Program-made: the position numbers and the translations under genes
In this document: piece after piece, positions 1 through 7,118 of the stretch
Layout: every line of letters begins with the position of its first letter
Position numbering within the stretch: position 1 is the stretch's first letter
The notes under the pieces: model-generated
Database searches by the model: none
Told to the model about the DNA's origin: nothing
What the model saw: only the letters and a program-made list of their open reading frames with translations
Source: a virus
Virus record (IMG/VR): IMGVR_UViG_3300045988_110782
Length of the DNA stretch: 15,840 nucleotides
Reading direction: 5' to 3' (one strand)

Positions 1-291
1 AAAGTTACATAGTCCGTGTAGCGCGGACACTGTTTTCCCCAAAAAGACAAACATACGTTCGATAAATCAGATGTTAAATTCGCTACCTAAAAGTTGATCT
101 ATTCCAATTTGTCAATAGTAAAAATGCACAAAGATCTACTAAATCTTTGTGCATAATGCATATTGATTTTTAAGTTTTCAGACAATTCAACGAGTTTTCA
201 AAGTTGTTTGCACAACACGAAAAAACAGTGTCCGCGGTAGACGGACACTATTAGTCCGTCTAGCACGAACACTTGTTCGATGTGGATAACT
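1..291. repeat. Left inverted terminal repeat (genome terminus)
   Basis: Checked in 10-nt blocks: 1-291 is the reverse complement of 15550-15840. The only mismatch is 249 (T) versus the complement of 15592 (C). Complementarity stops at 292/15549. The terminus 5'-AAAGTT resembles the phi29 terminal AAAGTA. No ORF lies inside. Confidence 0.95.
117..153 (-). terminator. Intrinsic terminator ending the leftward transcription unit, embedded in the left ITR
   Basis: An 11-bp perfect stem, TGCACAAAGAT (125-135) / ATCTTTGTGCA (143-153), with a 7-nt loop. On the minus strand the hairpin is followed directly by TTTTTACT (124-117). It lies about 150 nt downstream of the last minus-strand stop codon (302-304). 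Confidence 0.7.
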
Positions 292-301
292 TACAAAATG
301 G

Positions 302-1201
302 TTAAACTACGTTGATAGTAAAAGAACCATTCAAGCAAAAAGTGGCGTTAGTAGTTGCGTTAGTATTTACTTGTATGGCAGTAGAGTTAGGATAGATGAA
401 GATTGAAGCAAAGTTTTGTTCGTTGATATAGTCATGTGCTACTTTTGTATTGTTCGGAAATCTGCTGTCAATCGTTCCGCTTATAAACAAGTCCGCTAAG
501 TACAAGTCGAGAACGCCGTGACAGTTAATCGTTAGTGTAAAGTTTACAGAATTACCGATCTGGAGAAATTGAAAAATATAGTTCTCATATCCACCATGAT
601 ATCCAGTGTACGGTGTTGTGTTGTTGATATAGTAATATTTAAGCATACCACGTATATCTGTATCTCCCTTTTCGCGGTCTGCAATTTCCTTATCAATTCG
701 CGCGTTGATTCTTACATCTTCCGCAATCCTGTCAGTTTCTACTTTATCAATTCGCGCGTTGATTCTTACATCTTCCGCAATCCTGTCAGTTTCTACTTTA
801 TCAATTCGCGCGTTGATTCTTACATCTTCCGCAATCCTGTCAGTTTCTTCTTTATCAATTCGCGCGTTGATTCTTACATCTTCCGCAATCCTGTCAGTTT
901 CTTCTTTATCAATTCGCGCGTTGATTCTTACATCTTCCGCAATCCTGTCAGTTTCTTCTTTATCAATTCGCGCGTTGATTCTTACATCTTCCGCAATCCT
1001 GTCAGTTTCTTCTTTATCAATTCGCGCGTTGATTCTTACATCTTCCGCAATCCTGTCAGTTTCTTCTTTTTTCAGCGCCGCGTCAATCTGTACGAGTGCA
1101 TTACTCAACGGCTCTAAAGGCGTGCTTTTCGGCGCATCGAATCCGTAATTTTTTGTTTTGAAAACAATGTTTTCGTCTGGATGATAGTCTCTCTTATACA
1201 T
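302..1201 (-). CDS. Distal tail fibre / receptor-binding protein candidate with 7 x 18-aa tandem repeats
   Basis: The ORF track gives 302..1216. I prefer the ATG at 1201 (MYKRDY...) because GGAGGTG sits 8 nt upstream and this start begins 1 nt after the stop of the preceding gene. It is the last gene of the structural module. The centre is (RIAEDVRINARIDK[E/V]ETD) x7, charged and helical-looking. The C-terminal ~115 aa is beta-rich (NSVNFTLTINCHG...FCLNGSFTINVV). Function is assigned from position and architecture only. Confidence 0.55.
   Translation of the reverse strand: MYKRDYHPDENIVFKTKNYGFDAPKSTPLEPLSNALVQIDAALKKEETDRIAEDVRINARIDKEETDRIAEDVRINARIDKEETDRIAEDVRINARIDKEETDRIAEDVRINARIDKEETDRIAEDVRINARIDKVETDRIAEDVRINARIDKVETDRIAEDVRINARIDKEIADREKGDTDIRGMLKYYYINNTTPYTGYHGGYENYIFQFLQIGNSVNFTLTINCHGVLDLYLADLFISGTIDSRFPNNTKVAHDYINEQNFASIFIYPNSTAIQVNTNATTNATFCLNGSFTINVV
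691..1068. repeat. Tandem repeat, 7 x 54 bp, in frame within the fibre CDS
   Basis: Unit tatcaattcgcgcgttgattcttacatcttccgcaatcctgtcagtttct[a/t]ctt starts at 691, 745, 799, 853, 907, 961 and 1015. The copies are identical except one A/T position (units 1-2 versus 3-7), which gives V versus E in the protein. Confidence 0.95.
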
Positions 1202-1202
1202 A

Positions 1203-2108
1203 TTATACACCTCCATTTAATGGCTGTAATATGCCAAACTCTCCAAGTGCATACACTTGCAAGTTCGGGTTCCTAGTTTGTGTACTGGCATTGTAAGCAA
1301 CAACCGTCCATTTGTCGACATTAACAATGATTCCTTCACAATCAATGCTCGCATTGGCAAGAAAGTAGAATCCATCTTTTTGCATACTTTCTGGTAGTAA
1401 GATTCTTGTGCTTGCGCCCGCCTCTAACGTCACAACCTGCTCCCATATACCGCCATAAGTTACCACATGTTCAAGGATACCGACAGTTACAAAATCTTTG
1501 ATCTTGTCGTTTACCTCATTCTCAAAGTTGCTAATAATATTGTTAATTTCCTCTTTGTATGAATTAAACTGATTTGTAATATCTGTTTTGTATGAATTAA
1601 ACTGATTTGTAATATCTGTTTTGTATGAATTAAACTGATTTGTAATATCTGTCTGAAATTGGTTGTTGTTTTGCACCATGTTGTTAAATGTTTCCGTCCA
1701 CTGCGCAAAAGTTTCCGTCCACTGCGCAAAAGTAGACACCCACTGCGCAAAAGTAGACACCCACTGCGCCCAAGTAGCCGACCATTGCGACCATGTGGTT
1801 TTCATGGAATTCCATTCTGTTACAATGTTATTCCACTGATCGACAATACTATTCCATTCGTTAATAATTTGATTTAAAAGATTTGTAGCATCTTCTATAA
1901 ATTTTTTTTGTGCGTCAGTAAGATCGTTTACTTGTTTAATAAGCTGATTAAGCATAGCACTAACTCGGCACAATACCTCATAGTATGACAGCGCATCATC
2001 ATAAACAAGTGGTTGAGTTTTTTGCAACCAAAACGCAAAGTCCGGAAAGTGTACGTTGTAGAGTCCAGAATTTACGTTAGGGTCAAACGGGTTAATTTTG
2101 TTCGCCAT
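1203..2108 (-). CDS. Fibre/appendage protein candidate with aromatic heptad repeats and 11-aa repeats
   Basis: 301-aa ORF with RBS AAGGGAG upstream of the ATG at 2108. It follows the lower collar gene, the position held by appendage genes in phi29-like phages. The centre carries W/F heptads (TWAQWVSTFAQWVSTFAQWTETFAQWTETF) and (TDITNQFNSYK) x3. The C-terminal ~90 aa looks globular. No family was recognised with certainty. Confidence 0.5.
   Translation of the reverse strand: MANKINPFDPNVNSGLYNVHFPDFAFWLQKTQPLVYDDALSYYEVLCRVSAMLNQLIKQVNDLTDAQKKFIEDATNLLNQIINEWNSIVDQWNNIVTEWNSMKTTWSQWSATWAQWVSTFAQWVSTFAQWTETFAQWTETFNNMVQNNNQFQTDITNQFNSYKTDITNQFNSYKTDITNQFNSYKEEINNIISNFENEVNDKIKDFVTVGILEHVVTYGGIWEQVVTLEAGASTRILLPESMQKDGFYFLANASIDCEGIIVNVDKWTVVAYNASTQTRNPNLQVYALGEFGILQPLNGGV
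1554..1652. repeat. Tandem repeat, 3 x 33 bp, perfect, in frame
   Basis: Unit tttgtatgaattaaactgatttgtaatatctgt occurs at 1554-1586, 1587-1619 and 1620-1652. It encodes TDITNQFNSYK x3 on the minus strand. Confidence 0.95.
1691..1802. repeat. Tandem repeat with 21-bp (7-aa) period, about 5 units, partly diverged
   Basis: ccactgcgcaaaag followed by tttccgt or tagacac occurs at 1698, 1719 and 1740. Diverged units occur at 1761 (ccactgcgcccaagtagccga) and 1782 (ccattgcgaccatgtggtttt). These encode the xxxFAQW heptads. Confidence 0.9.
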
Positions 2109-2121
2109 TTCTTACTCCCTT

Positions 2122-2901
2122 CTACCTCATCCAATCAATAGATAAGCCCAAGTTTCCGCGGTTTCCATATGCCGCCATATTAAAATCGTTTCCATGTTCG
2201 GAAAAATCGTCAAAAATTGACATAAACAATTCTTCACAATCTGCAATAATCGCATTATTAACGTTTACAATGTGCTCGCGGTACATAATAAGTTCGTTCA
2301 TTTTACTGCCACGCCATCCTTTTTCTGTCCGATGACTAGTGTCTACAACTGATGTATTACTCTTACCTGTGTTTTTCTCATTAACTGCGCGGCTGTCCTC
2401 TCCCGTGCTTTGACCTCTAGTCATGCCGGACGCATAGTCCGTACCGGAAAAATTAACTTGTGGGTTATCACTGTTAATCCGTTGATCGTTAGAGCTACTA
2501 TTGTTAGTGTCGCTCATGGTTCTGTCTGCTTGTGATGTATTGTTTCCGTCGCTCGTGTCAGTATCGTCAAACGTCATATTTGTATTTTCTAAAATTTGCG
2601 CCACGCTTAAATTACTGTCATACATTGCTTTGTATCTAGGCATGTTGCGCCTTAATGTATCATTAAGTTTAAGCTTAAAAAGACCAATCGTTTCAAAACC
2701 GATCTCGCACATGTAAAAGTGTATGATAAACATACGCTCAAATTCTGTCCGGCTTGATTCGTCCTCATTGTACCACGGAAAAGTAAAATCAAAAAGCTTT
2801 GGTATACCCTTTTCGATTTTGTCATATGTATTCGCGTTTATTTCTTTCCAATCCGTAAAACTTTCGATATAGTCTCTAAGTCTGGTCGTATATGTCGCCA
2901 T
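2122..2901 (-). CDS. Lower collar protein (phi29 gp11-like)
   Basis: The ORF track gives 2122..2922. I prefer the ATG at 2901 (MATYTTRL...) because GGAGGTG lies 7 nt upstream. The gene sits immediately downstream of the portal, as in phi29. The N-terminal block LFDFTFPWYNEDESSRTEFERMFIIHFYMCEIGFETIGLFKLKLNDTLRRNMPRYKAMYDS matches the pattern I recall for picovirus lower collar proteins (FDF.YP...HFY..EIGFET.G.FK). A central polar low-complexity stretch is also present. Confidence 0.7.
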   Translation of the reverse strand: MATYTTRLRDYIESFTDWKEINANTYDKIEKGIPKLFDFTFPWYNEDESSRTEFERMFIIHFYMCEIGFETIGLFKLKLNDTLRRNMPRYKAMYDSNLSVAQILENTNMTFDDTDTSDGNNTSQADRTMSDTNNSSSNDQRINSDNPQVNFSGTDYASGMTRGQSTGEDSRAVNEKNTGKSNTSVVDTSHRTEKGWRGSKMNELIMYREHIVNVNNAIIADCEELFMSIFDDFSEHGNDFNMAAYGNRGNLGLSIDWMR

Positions 2902-3766
2902 TTTCGCCACCTCCATTTGCAAGGTTTTCTTTTCGCTCTACACCTAAGCCGTTACCAATGTATCGTACATTAACCTCAAGTCCAAACAAACGGTTAATCT
3001 GTTCACAAGCACGTTTTCGCACACCTAAAAAAGACTGACGGTTAATTAACGTAAGGTCTGCATCTTGTTCGACTTCGCTTGTAATTAAACGCTCTTTTTT
3101 TGCGCCGTCAATGTTACTAATACCAAACTGCACGCAAAAGTCTGCGATTTCTTGACGCATAGCTGTAGTGAGATCTCCAAACACGTTAGGCGCGTCAAGC
3201 TTAAGGACTTTGACATTATCGAGATTTGTTACACCATCTTTAACGGCAATAAATGGCACAAAATCATTATATTGTTTAAATAGATTTTTTATACTTAATC
3301 GCTGATTTTCGCTAGCCGCTATAGCTATTGGCGTTCTCTGTGCATATATATTTAGGTTTCTTGTCATCCTCATGTTAGCCAAACTCTCCGCGTACATCTG
3401 CACATAATCTACGCTTGGGTATCCTACGCTACTATCCCAGATAATAACGCTGTTATTTTTTCCTAAGGTTTTAAAATACTGTTGTGCGTAAGCAAATCGC
3501 ATGTTCGGCACTCCGTAGATGTCCACAGTGCCGCCAAGGTTGGTTTTCATAGCTGCATATTTTTCTAATACATCATCTTTAAAAAAGACAGCTTGCCCCC
3601 ACCAAAAAAGATAATCTTCGATTACTCTTGGCGGAATTTCGTCCGGCAGCCCTAGCCACTCAAATCGGTTCACAATCATTTCGTGTAGCATATTAAAATA
3701 TCGTATATAATAATTGCGATATTGCGGCACGCTGAAATATTCCGCGTCTTTTGATTGATTTTTCAT
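2876..3766 (-). CDS. Portal / upper collar (connector) protein, phi29 gp10-like
   Basis: 296 aa with RBS AGAGGTGG. Several blocks align with my recollection of phi29 gp10: [11 protein letters not shown] vs [43 protein letters not shown] vs [44 protein letters not shown] vs [30 protein letters not shown] vs REEACEKINELYGLNVKVKF. Confidence 0.9.
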   Translation of the reverse strand: [296 protein letters not shown]

Positions 3767-3783
3767 TTTTCCACCTCTTTTCG

Positions 3784-5469
3784 CTAATTATTTGCAAGTC
3801 CATAATTACCAATGTCATTAGTGTGCCATATTGTTACACCACGATCAAAAATCGAGCGTAAAATGACAAGGTAATCAAGATCTATGTTACCGCTGATTGT
3901 GCAATTACGCGTTTTTACAAAATCCCACGCGCTCCGGTTATTGATTGATGGTGTACCAATTTCGCCAATCTTATAGCCAAACATTGTAAAATAATCATCA
4001 ATCTTACGTGCATACTCTGCACGAATCTGCATCGGGTAATAGCTGATGTGATCGTTACCGATAATTTTACTAGCATTGCCACTAGAAGTAGTTACGTTTC
4101 CGCTCGGTTGTAAATAATGATTAACTACGGCTTTAATACCGTCTCCGATAACTTCCGACCAATCAGTGCTACTAAGTGTCGCAAGCGGGCTAGACTTAAA
4201 AGCATCACTCGCGGCTTGCTTTCCTGTTGCTATGGCGCTTCCCGCTCCACTTGCCGCCGCACCCAAAAAACCAAAACCCGCACCAGATAATGCCTTTCCA
4301 ACGCCGCTAAAAACTCCGGCGGCAGTGTCAACACCTTGTGAAACCGCGTCTCCCGCGCTTATTAAAGCGCTCGCGCCCGCGGTGCTTGTCATTTGCGCAA
4401 TATATGCCTTGTATGCGTCTGTCATGATGGCACATTTTGGATAGTCCGAAAATGTAAGCATGTCGGTATAGTCTACGGCGTATCCTCTATACTGGATGGG
4501 GTAGGACACTAACAGTGGATTAGGTGTCATAGCTACTGTATAAGTAAAACTACAAGCGTTACTGGAAAAATACTCATATTTATACTCTATTCCTGTGCCG
4601 TTGTTGTTGTTTCCGTATAAAAAGTTATATGGATAACAAAACAGTTTTTTGTTTTTCGGTACATAGCCGTCAATACTGTCATACTTTTTTGGTAGATTAA
4701 GTTGCTTGAATTGTGTTTCCTCTGCAATAAAGCTGGTTGGCATCATAAACGCGTTTAAAATTCCGTCAATAGTACCATTTGCGTTAGCAGAAATTAAAAA
4801 TTCGTTTACGCCGTCTCCATTATCAAAAACGTTATAAGTGATGGCAGTATACACGCCATCTCTAAATTCGCCGCCGTTAAAATTTCCGTTCTCGTCAAAT
4901 GCGCTCGGAACGACAACACTCATAATGTTTCGATCACTTAGTTCCGGCGCATCATAATTTTGTTCTGTCTCTTGTTTTACGATATAATCTCCGGTTTCCA
5001 ATCCCTCTGGAAAAGTATACCGCCCTATCACATCTTCACTCTTTTTTACAATCTGGCGCTCGATATAGCATTTATTTAGCACCATATCGAATTGGCAATT
5101 TGTCCAGACGTCCATGATAAAATGCACGCGGCAAGAGTTCACGGACAACGGTTCTACGCTCGTAATAAAGCCGTATATCCAATTATCCATATATCCAACA
5201 TTTTTAAATGCGATATAGTTAGCGCTATCGGCGTATAACTCGTTGACGGGCGCGGCAAAATCCGCGTAACCTCTCTTAACTGGCGCGGCATTATTAGTGC
5301 TATAAATTGCTTTGCTATCAACATAAGCAAAAAGTTCTTCTCGACTATTAAAAAGCCTTACATGGTTATACGACGAATCCCAAGGAATCCCGCGGCAGAT
5401 TCTTACTTGTGCAACAGGTGCTATCCCGTCTACGTTTTTTTGTGTTGGCATAGGTATCATTCTATCCAT
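3784..5469 (-). CDS. Tail knob / distal tube protein, phi29 gp9-like
   Basis: 561 aa, located between the capsid and portal genes as in phi29. N-terminal blocks resemble gp9: VRICRGIPWDSSYNH vs VRILADVPFSNDYKN; YIAFKNVGYMDNWIYGFITSVEP vs YIMFQNADYGNKWFYAFVTELEF; HFIMDVWTNC vs HFEIDVLQTW. The ATG at 5469 follows GAGGAAAC (short spacing). An alternative ATG lies 3 codons downstream. Confidence 0.85.
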   Translation of the reverse strand: MDRMIPMPTQKNVDGIAPVAQVRICRGIPWDSSYNHVRLFNSREELFAYVDSKAIYSTNNAAPVKRGYADFAAPVNELYADSANYIAFKNVGYMDNWIYGFITSVEPLSVNSCRVHFIMDVWTNCQFDMVLNKCYIERQIVKKSEDVIGRYTFPEGLETGDYIVKQETEQNYDAPELSDRNIMSVVVPSAFDENGNFNGGEFRDGVYTAITYNVFDNGDGVNEFLISANANGTIDGILNAFMMPTSFIAEETQFKQLNLPKKYDSIDGYVPKNKKLFCYPYNFLYGNNNNGTGIEYKYEYFSSNACSFTYTVAMTPNPLLVSYPIQYRGYAVDYTDMLTFSDYPKCAIMTDAYKAYIAQMTSTAGASALISAGDAVSQGVDTAAGVFSGVGKALSGAGFGFLGAAASGAGSAIATGKQAASDAFKSSPLATLSSTDWSEVIGDGIKAVVNHYLQPSGNVTTSSGNASKIIGNDHISYYPMQIRAEYARKIDDYFTMFGYKIGEIGTPSINNRSAWDFVKTRNCTISGNIDLDYLVILRSIFDRGVTIWHTNDIGNYGLANN

Positions 5470-5483
5470 GTTTCCTCATTTCT

Positions 5484-5504
5484 AGGGGAGCATTGCACTC
5501 CCCT
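5484..5504 (-). other. GC-rich stem-loop between the capsid and tail-knob genes
   Basis: AGGGGAG (5484-5490) / CTCCCCT (5498-5504), a 7-bp stem with a 7-nt loop. There is no U-run after it on the minus strand; a U-run precedes it. It is therefore more likely an mRNA stability or attenuation element than a full terminator. Confidence 0.4.
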
Positions 5505-5513
5505 CAAAAATCA

Positions 5514-5531
5514 ATGCTTCACGCGAAACAT
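5514..5531. promoter_or_regulatory. Degenerate copy of the 18-bp palindrome family
   Basis: atgCttcacgCgaaacat differs at 2 of 18 positions from ATGTTTCACGTGAAACAT. It lies 1 nt downstream of the capsid stop codon, in the capsid/knob intergenic region. Confidence 0.35.
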
Positions 5532-5532
5532 T

Positions 5533-6810
5533 TTACTGGTTGACTGTGACAGTACCTGTTCCGCTGATCGTGCTATCATATCTTGACGTTGCTTTGACCG
5601 TAAGTGTTGCCGCTTTCTCATCATTTGCAATATGCAAGATATTCGACCCCGGAATAAAACCTGTATACTGGCTTGTCGCGCCCTCTACGTCAAAATCGAG
5701 CATTTGCGGCGTGTACTGGCTATCTCCGGTCACTAACGCTGTAATCTCCACATCAGTTCCCACATTTCCGGCGGTATCTGTAACGCTTACGGTTGTAAGA
5801 CCGACAGTATCTGTAGTAAAAACAATGCAGGGGAAAAACGGAGAATAAGAAAACATTTCGCTCATTGTGTAAAAATAATTCCATGTCAACGCTGCTCCGT
5901 TTCTCGAATCGGTCAGTGTCCGGAAATTCTCACGTACATTAAAAAATCTCATATCAAACAGCGCAAGCTTGATATTGGGGTCGTCAAACTTGTCAATGAT
6001 AATTTTGCGGACATTGATGTCAACTTTATCCATATTAAAGGCTGTTGCAAGCACTTCAACATCTAACTCCGCGTCAATTTCCGGCGTTGTGATATAAAAG
6101 ATTGTCTGATCGTTTGCGCAACTGTCTGCTCCGGCAATGTTGTACTCGGGATGGGGAAATTTCATCTGACCAATGTAAGCCTTTACAAGCTTTGTCAGCT
6201 TCTTCGCGTTTTCTGTGCTCGCTGTAGGGTCTGCAACATTGACCGCATAGAGCTGATCTGCCGCGCTCGCGCTCTCAATCAGACGTTTCATACACAAATA
6301 TTCATCCCAATTTGCCGCCGCAAAAAGACTCTGTACTTTTGCATTGATTAAATCGCGCACACCATATTCCGACCGGAACGCTGTACGCAAGTTGTCAAAA
6401 GTGACTGTAACCGCGTACTGGATAGCGGGCGTGATCTTGTGATACGCCGCCATGACACTTGACTGATAGTAGGCATACAGTTCTGCAACGGTTGCGAACT
6501 GATTAAACTGCTTACCTTTTGCCATGTTGATAAAAATTTCTTCCTCCGTGCCGCCGTAACGCATCGGATCTCTCTTAAGTACTCCAAGGGGATTTTCAAA
6601 AAAGACTGTCTCGATTCTCTGCTCCATAATCTGTTCTACTAATGCGTTAGCGAACGCATTTCGCAACGGAACGATGTTCAGCAAACTTTCGTAGATACTC
6701 GAGATATTCTCTGCTGTTGCTTCCGGTATTCTGTTCTGATACTCCAAACTCTGCATAGATCTTATTGCGTTTAAAATGGCTACGTTCGTAGCCGGAACTT
6801 TGTTACCCAT
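5533..6810 (-). CDS. Major capsid protein, phi29 gp8-like, with C-terminal Ig-like (BIG2-type) domain
   Basis: The ORF track gives 5533..6849. I prefer the ATG at 6810 (MGNKVPATN...) because GAGGAG lies 6 nt upstream and this start avoids overlap with the scaffold gene. Blocks resemble gp8: NVAILNAIRS vs IVNAIRNS; TTPEIDAELDVEVLATAFNMDKVDI vs [26 protein letters not shown]. The C-terminal ~90 aa is beta-rich and Ig-like (ATLTVKATSRYDSTISGTGTVTV), as in gp8. Confidence 0.9.
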   Translation of the reverse strand: MGNKVPATNVAILNAIRSMQSLEYQNRIPEATAENISSIYESLLNIVPLRNAFANALVEQIMEQRIETVFFENPLGVLKRDPMRYGGTEEEIFINMAKGKQFNQFATVAELYAYYQSSVMAAYHKITPAIQYAVTVTFDNLRTAFRSEYGVRDLINAKVQSLFAAANWDEYLCMKRLIESASAADQLYAVNVADPTASTENAKKLTKLVKAYIGQMKFPHPEYNIAGADSCANDQTIFYITTPEIDAELDVEVLATAFNMDKVDINVRKIIIDKFDDPNIKLALFDMRFFNVRENFRTLTDSRNGAALTWNYFYTMSEMFSYSPFFPCIVFTTDTVGLTTVSVTDTAGNVGTDVEITALVTGDSQYTPQMLDFDVEGATSQYTGFIPGSNILHIANDEKAATLTVKATSRYDSTISGTGTVTVNQ

Positions 6811-6823
6811 TTTTTCTCCTCTC

Positions 6824-7114
6824 TTACTCTGTACTGCCGTCAAAGTCAAGCATTTCCGGCGTTACATCTTCTACCACGCCAACATCTGCTTTTGGCTCTT
6901 CGATGTCTGCTTTCGGTGTTTCCTGTCCCGCCAACATTTCGCCAAATCGCGCAATGTACTTTTCGCGCAAGCCCTCATAGCGTTCTTTATAGCCGTCGTC
7001 TGTTACATTTGCGCCACTTCTGATGGATTCCGTAATAACGTTGATTTCTTCGTCCAATTCTTCCGGCGCTTCGATCTTTCCTAAAATCGCTTTCAAAGCT
7101 TCGTCTGCTGTCAT
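6824..7114 (-). CDS. Scaffolding protein (phi29 gp7-like by size, position and composition)
   Basis: 96 aa, highly acidic and helical-looking, located immediately upstream of the capsid gene. The call rests on synteny and composition only. Confidence 0.6.
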   Translation of the reverse strand: MTADEALKAILGKIEAPEELDEEINVITESIRSGANVTDDGYKERYEGLREKYIARFGEMLAGQETPKADIEEPKADVGVVEDVTPEMLDFDGSTE

Positions 7115-7118
7115 TCTT

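Noticed and set aside
93-140. Promoter-like hexamers inside the ITR (outward-facing TTGACA at 115-110 with TTTTAG 17 nt downstream)
   Set aside because: The -10 candidate TTTTAG lacks the critical A2 and T6. Nothing lies downstream but the DNA end. I could not find a convincing inward-facing promoter in the ITR either.
1-291. Terminal inverted repeats of a transposon or IS element
   Set aside because: There is no transposase. The repeats bound an entire phage gene set that includes a protein-primed polymerase, and the ends carry the AAA terminus typical of sliding-back initiation. Genome ITRs are the simpler explanation.
691-1068. Possible CRISPR array, given regular near-identical repeats
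   Set aside because: The repeats are directly head-to-tail with no spacers. They are in frame inside a long ORF and encode a sensible charged helical peptide repeat.
569-1148. Plus-strand ORFs 569..1117 and 705..1148 (182 and 147 aa)
   Set aside because: They are antisense to the fibre gene, and their length is a by-product of the 54-bp tandem repeat carrying no stop codon in those frames. The proteins are low-complexity repeats with no RBS. Every supported gene is on the minus strand.
1202-1216. Upstream ATG starts given by the ORF track (1216 here; likewise 2922 for the lower collar and 6849 for the capsid)
   Set aside because: In each case a downstream ATG (1201, 2901, 6810) has a well-spaced GGAGG/GAGGAG RBS. 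The longer version would overlap the preceding gene without an RBS.
4166-4444. Plus-strand ORF of 92 aa
   Set aside because: It is antisense to the Gly/Ala-rich segment of the tail knob gene. GC-rich Ala/Gly codons commonly leave the opposite strand open, and there is no RBS.
5996-6023. Promoter-like TTGACA, 16-nt spacer, TATCAT on the minus strand inside the capsid gene
   Set aside because: It is a single occurrence inside a coding region with no conserved downstream block like the early promoters. I cannot distinguish it from chance without transcription start site data. It might still be a real internal promoter for the tail genes.
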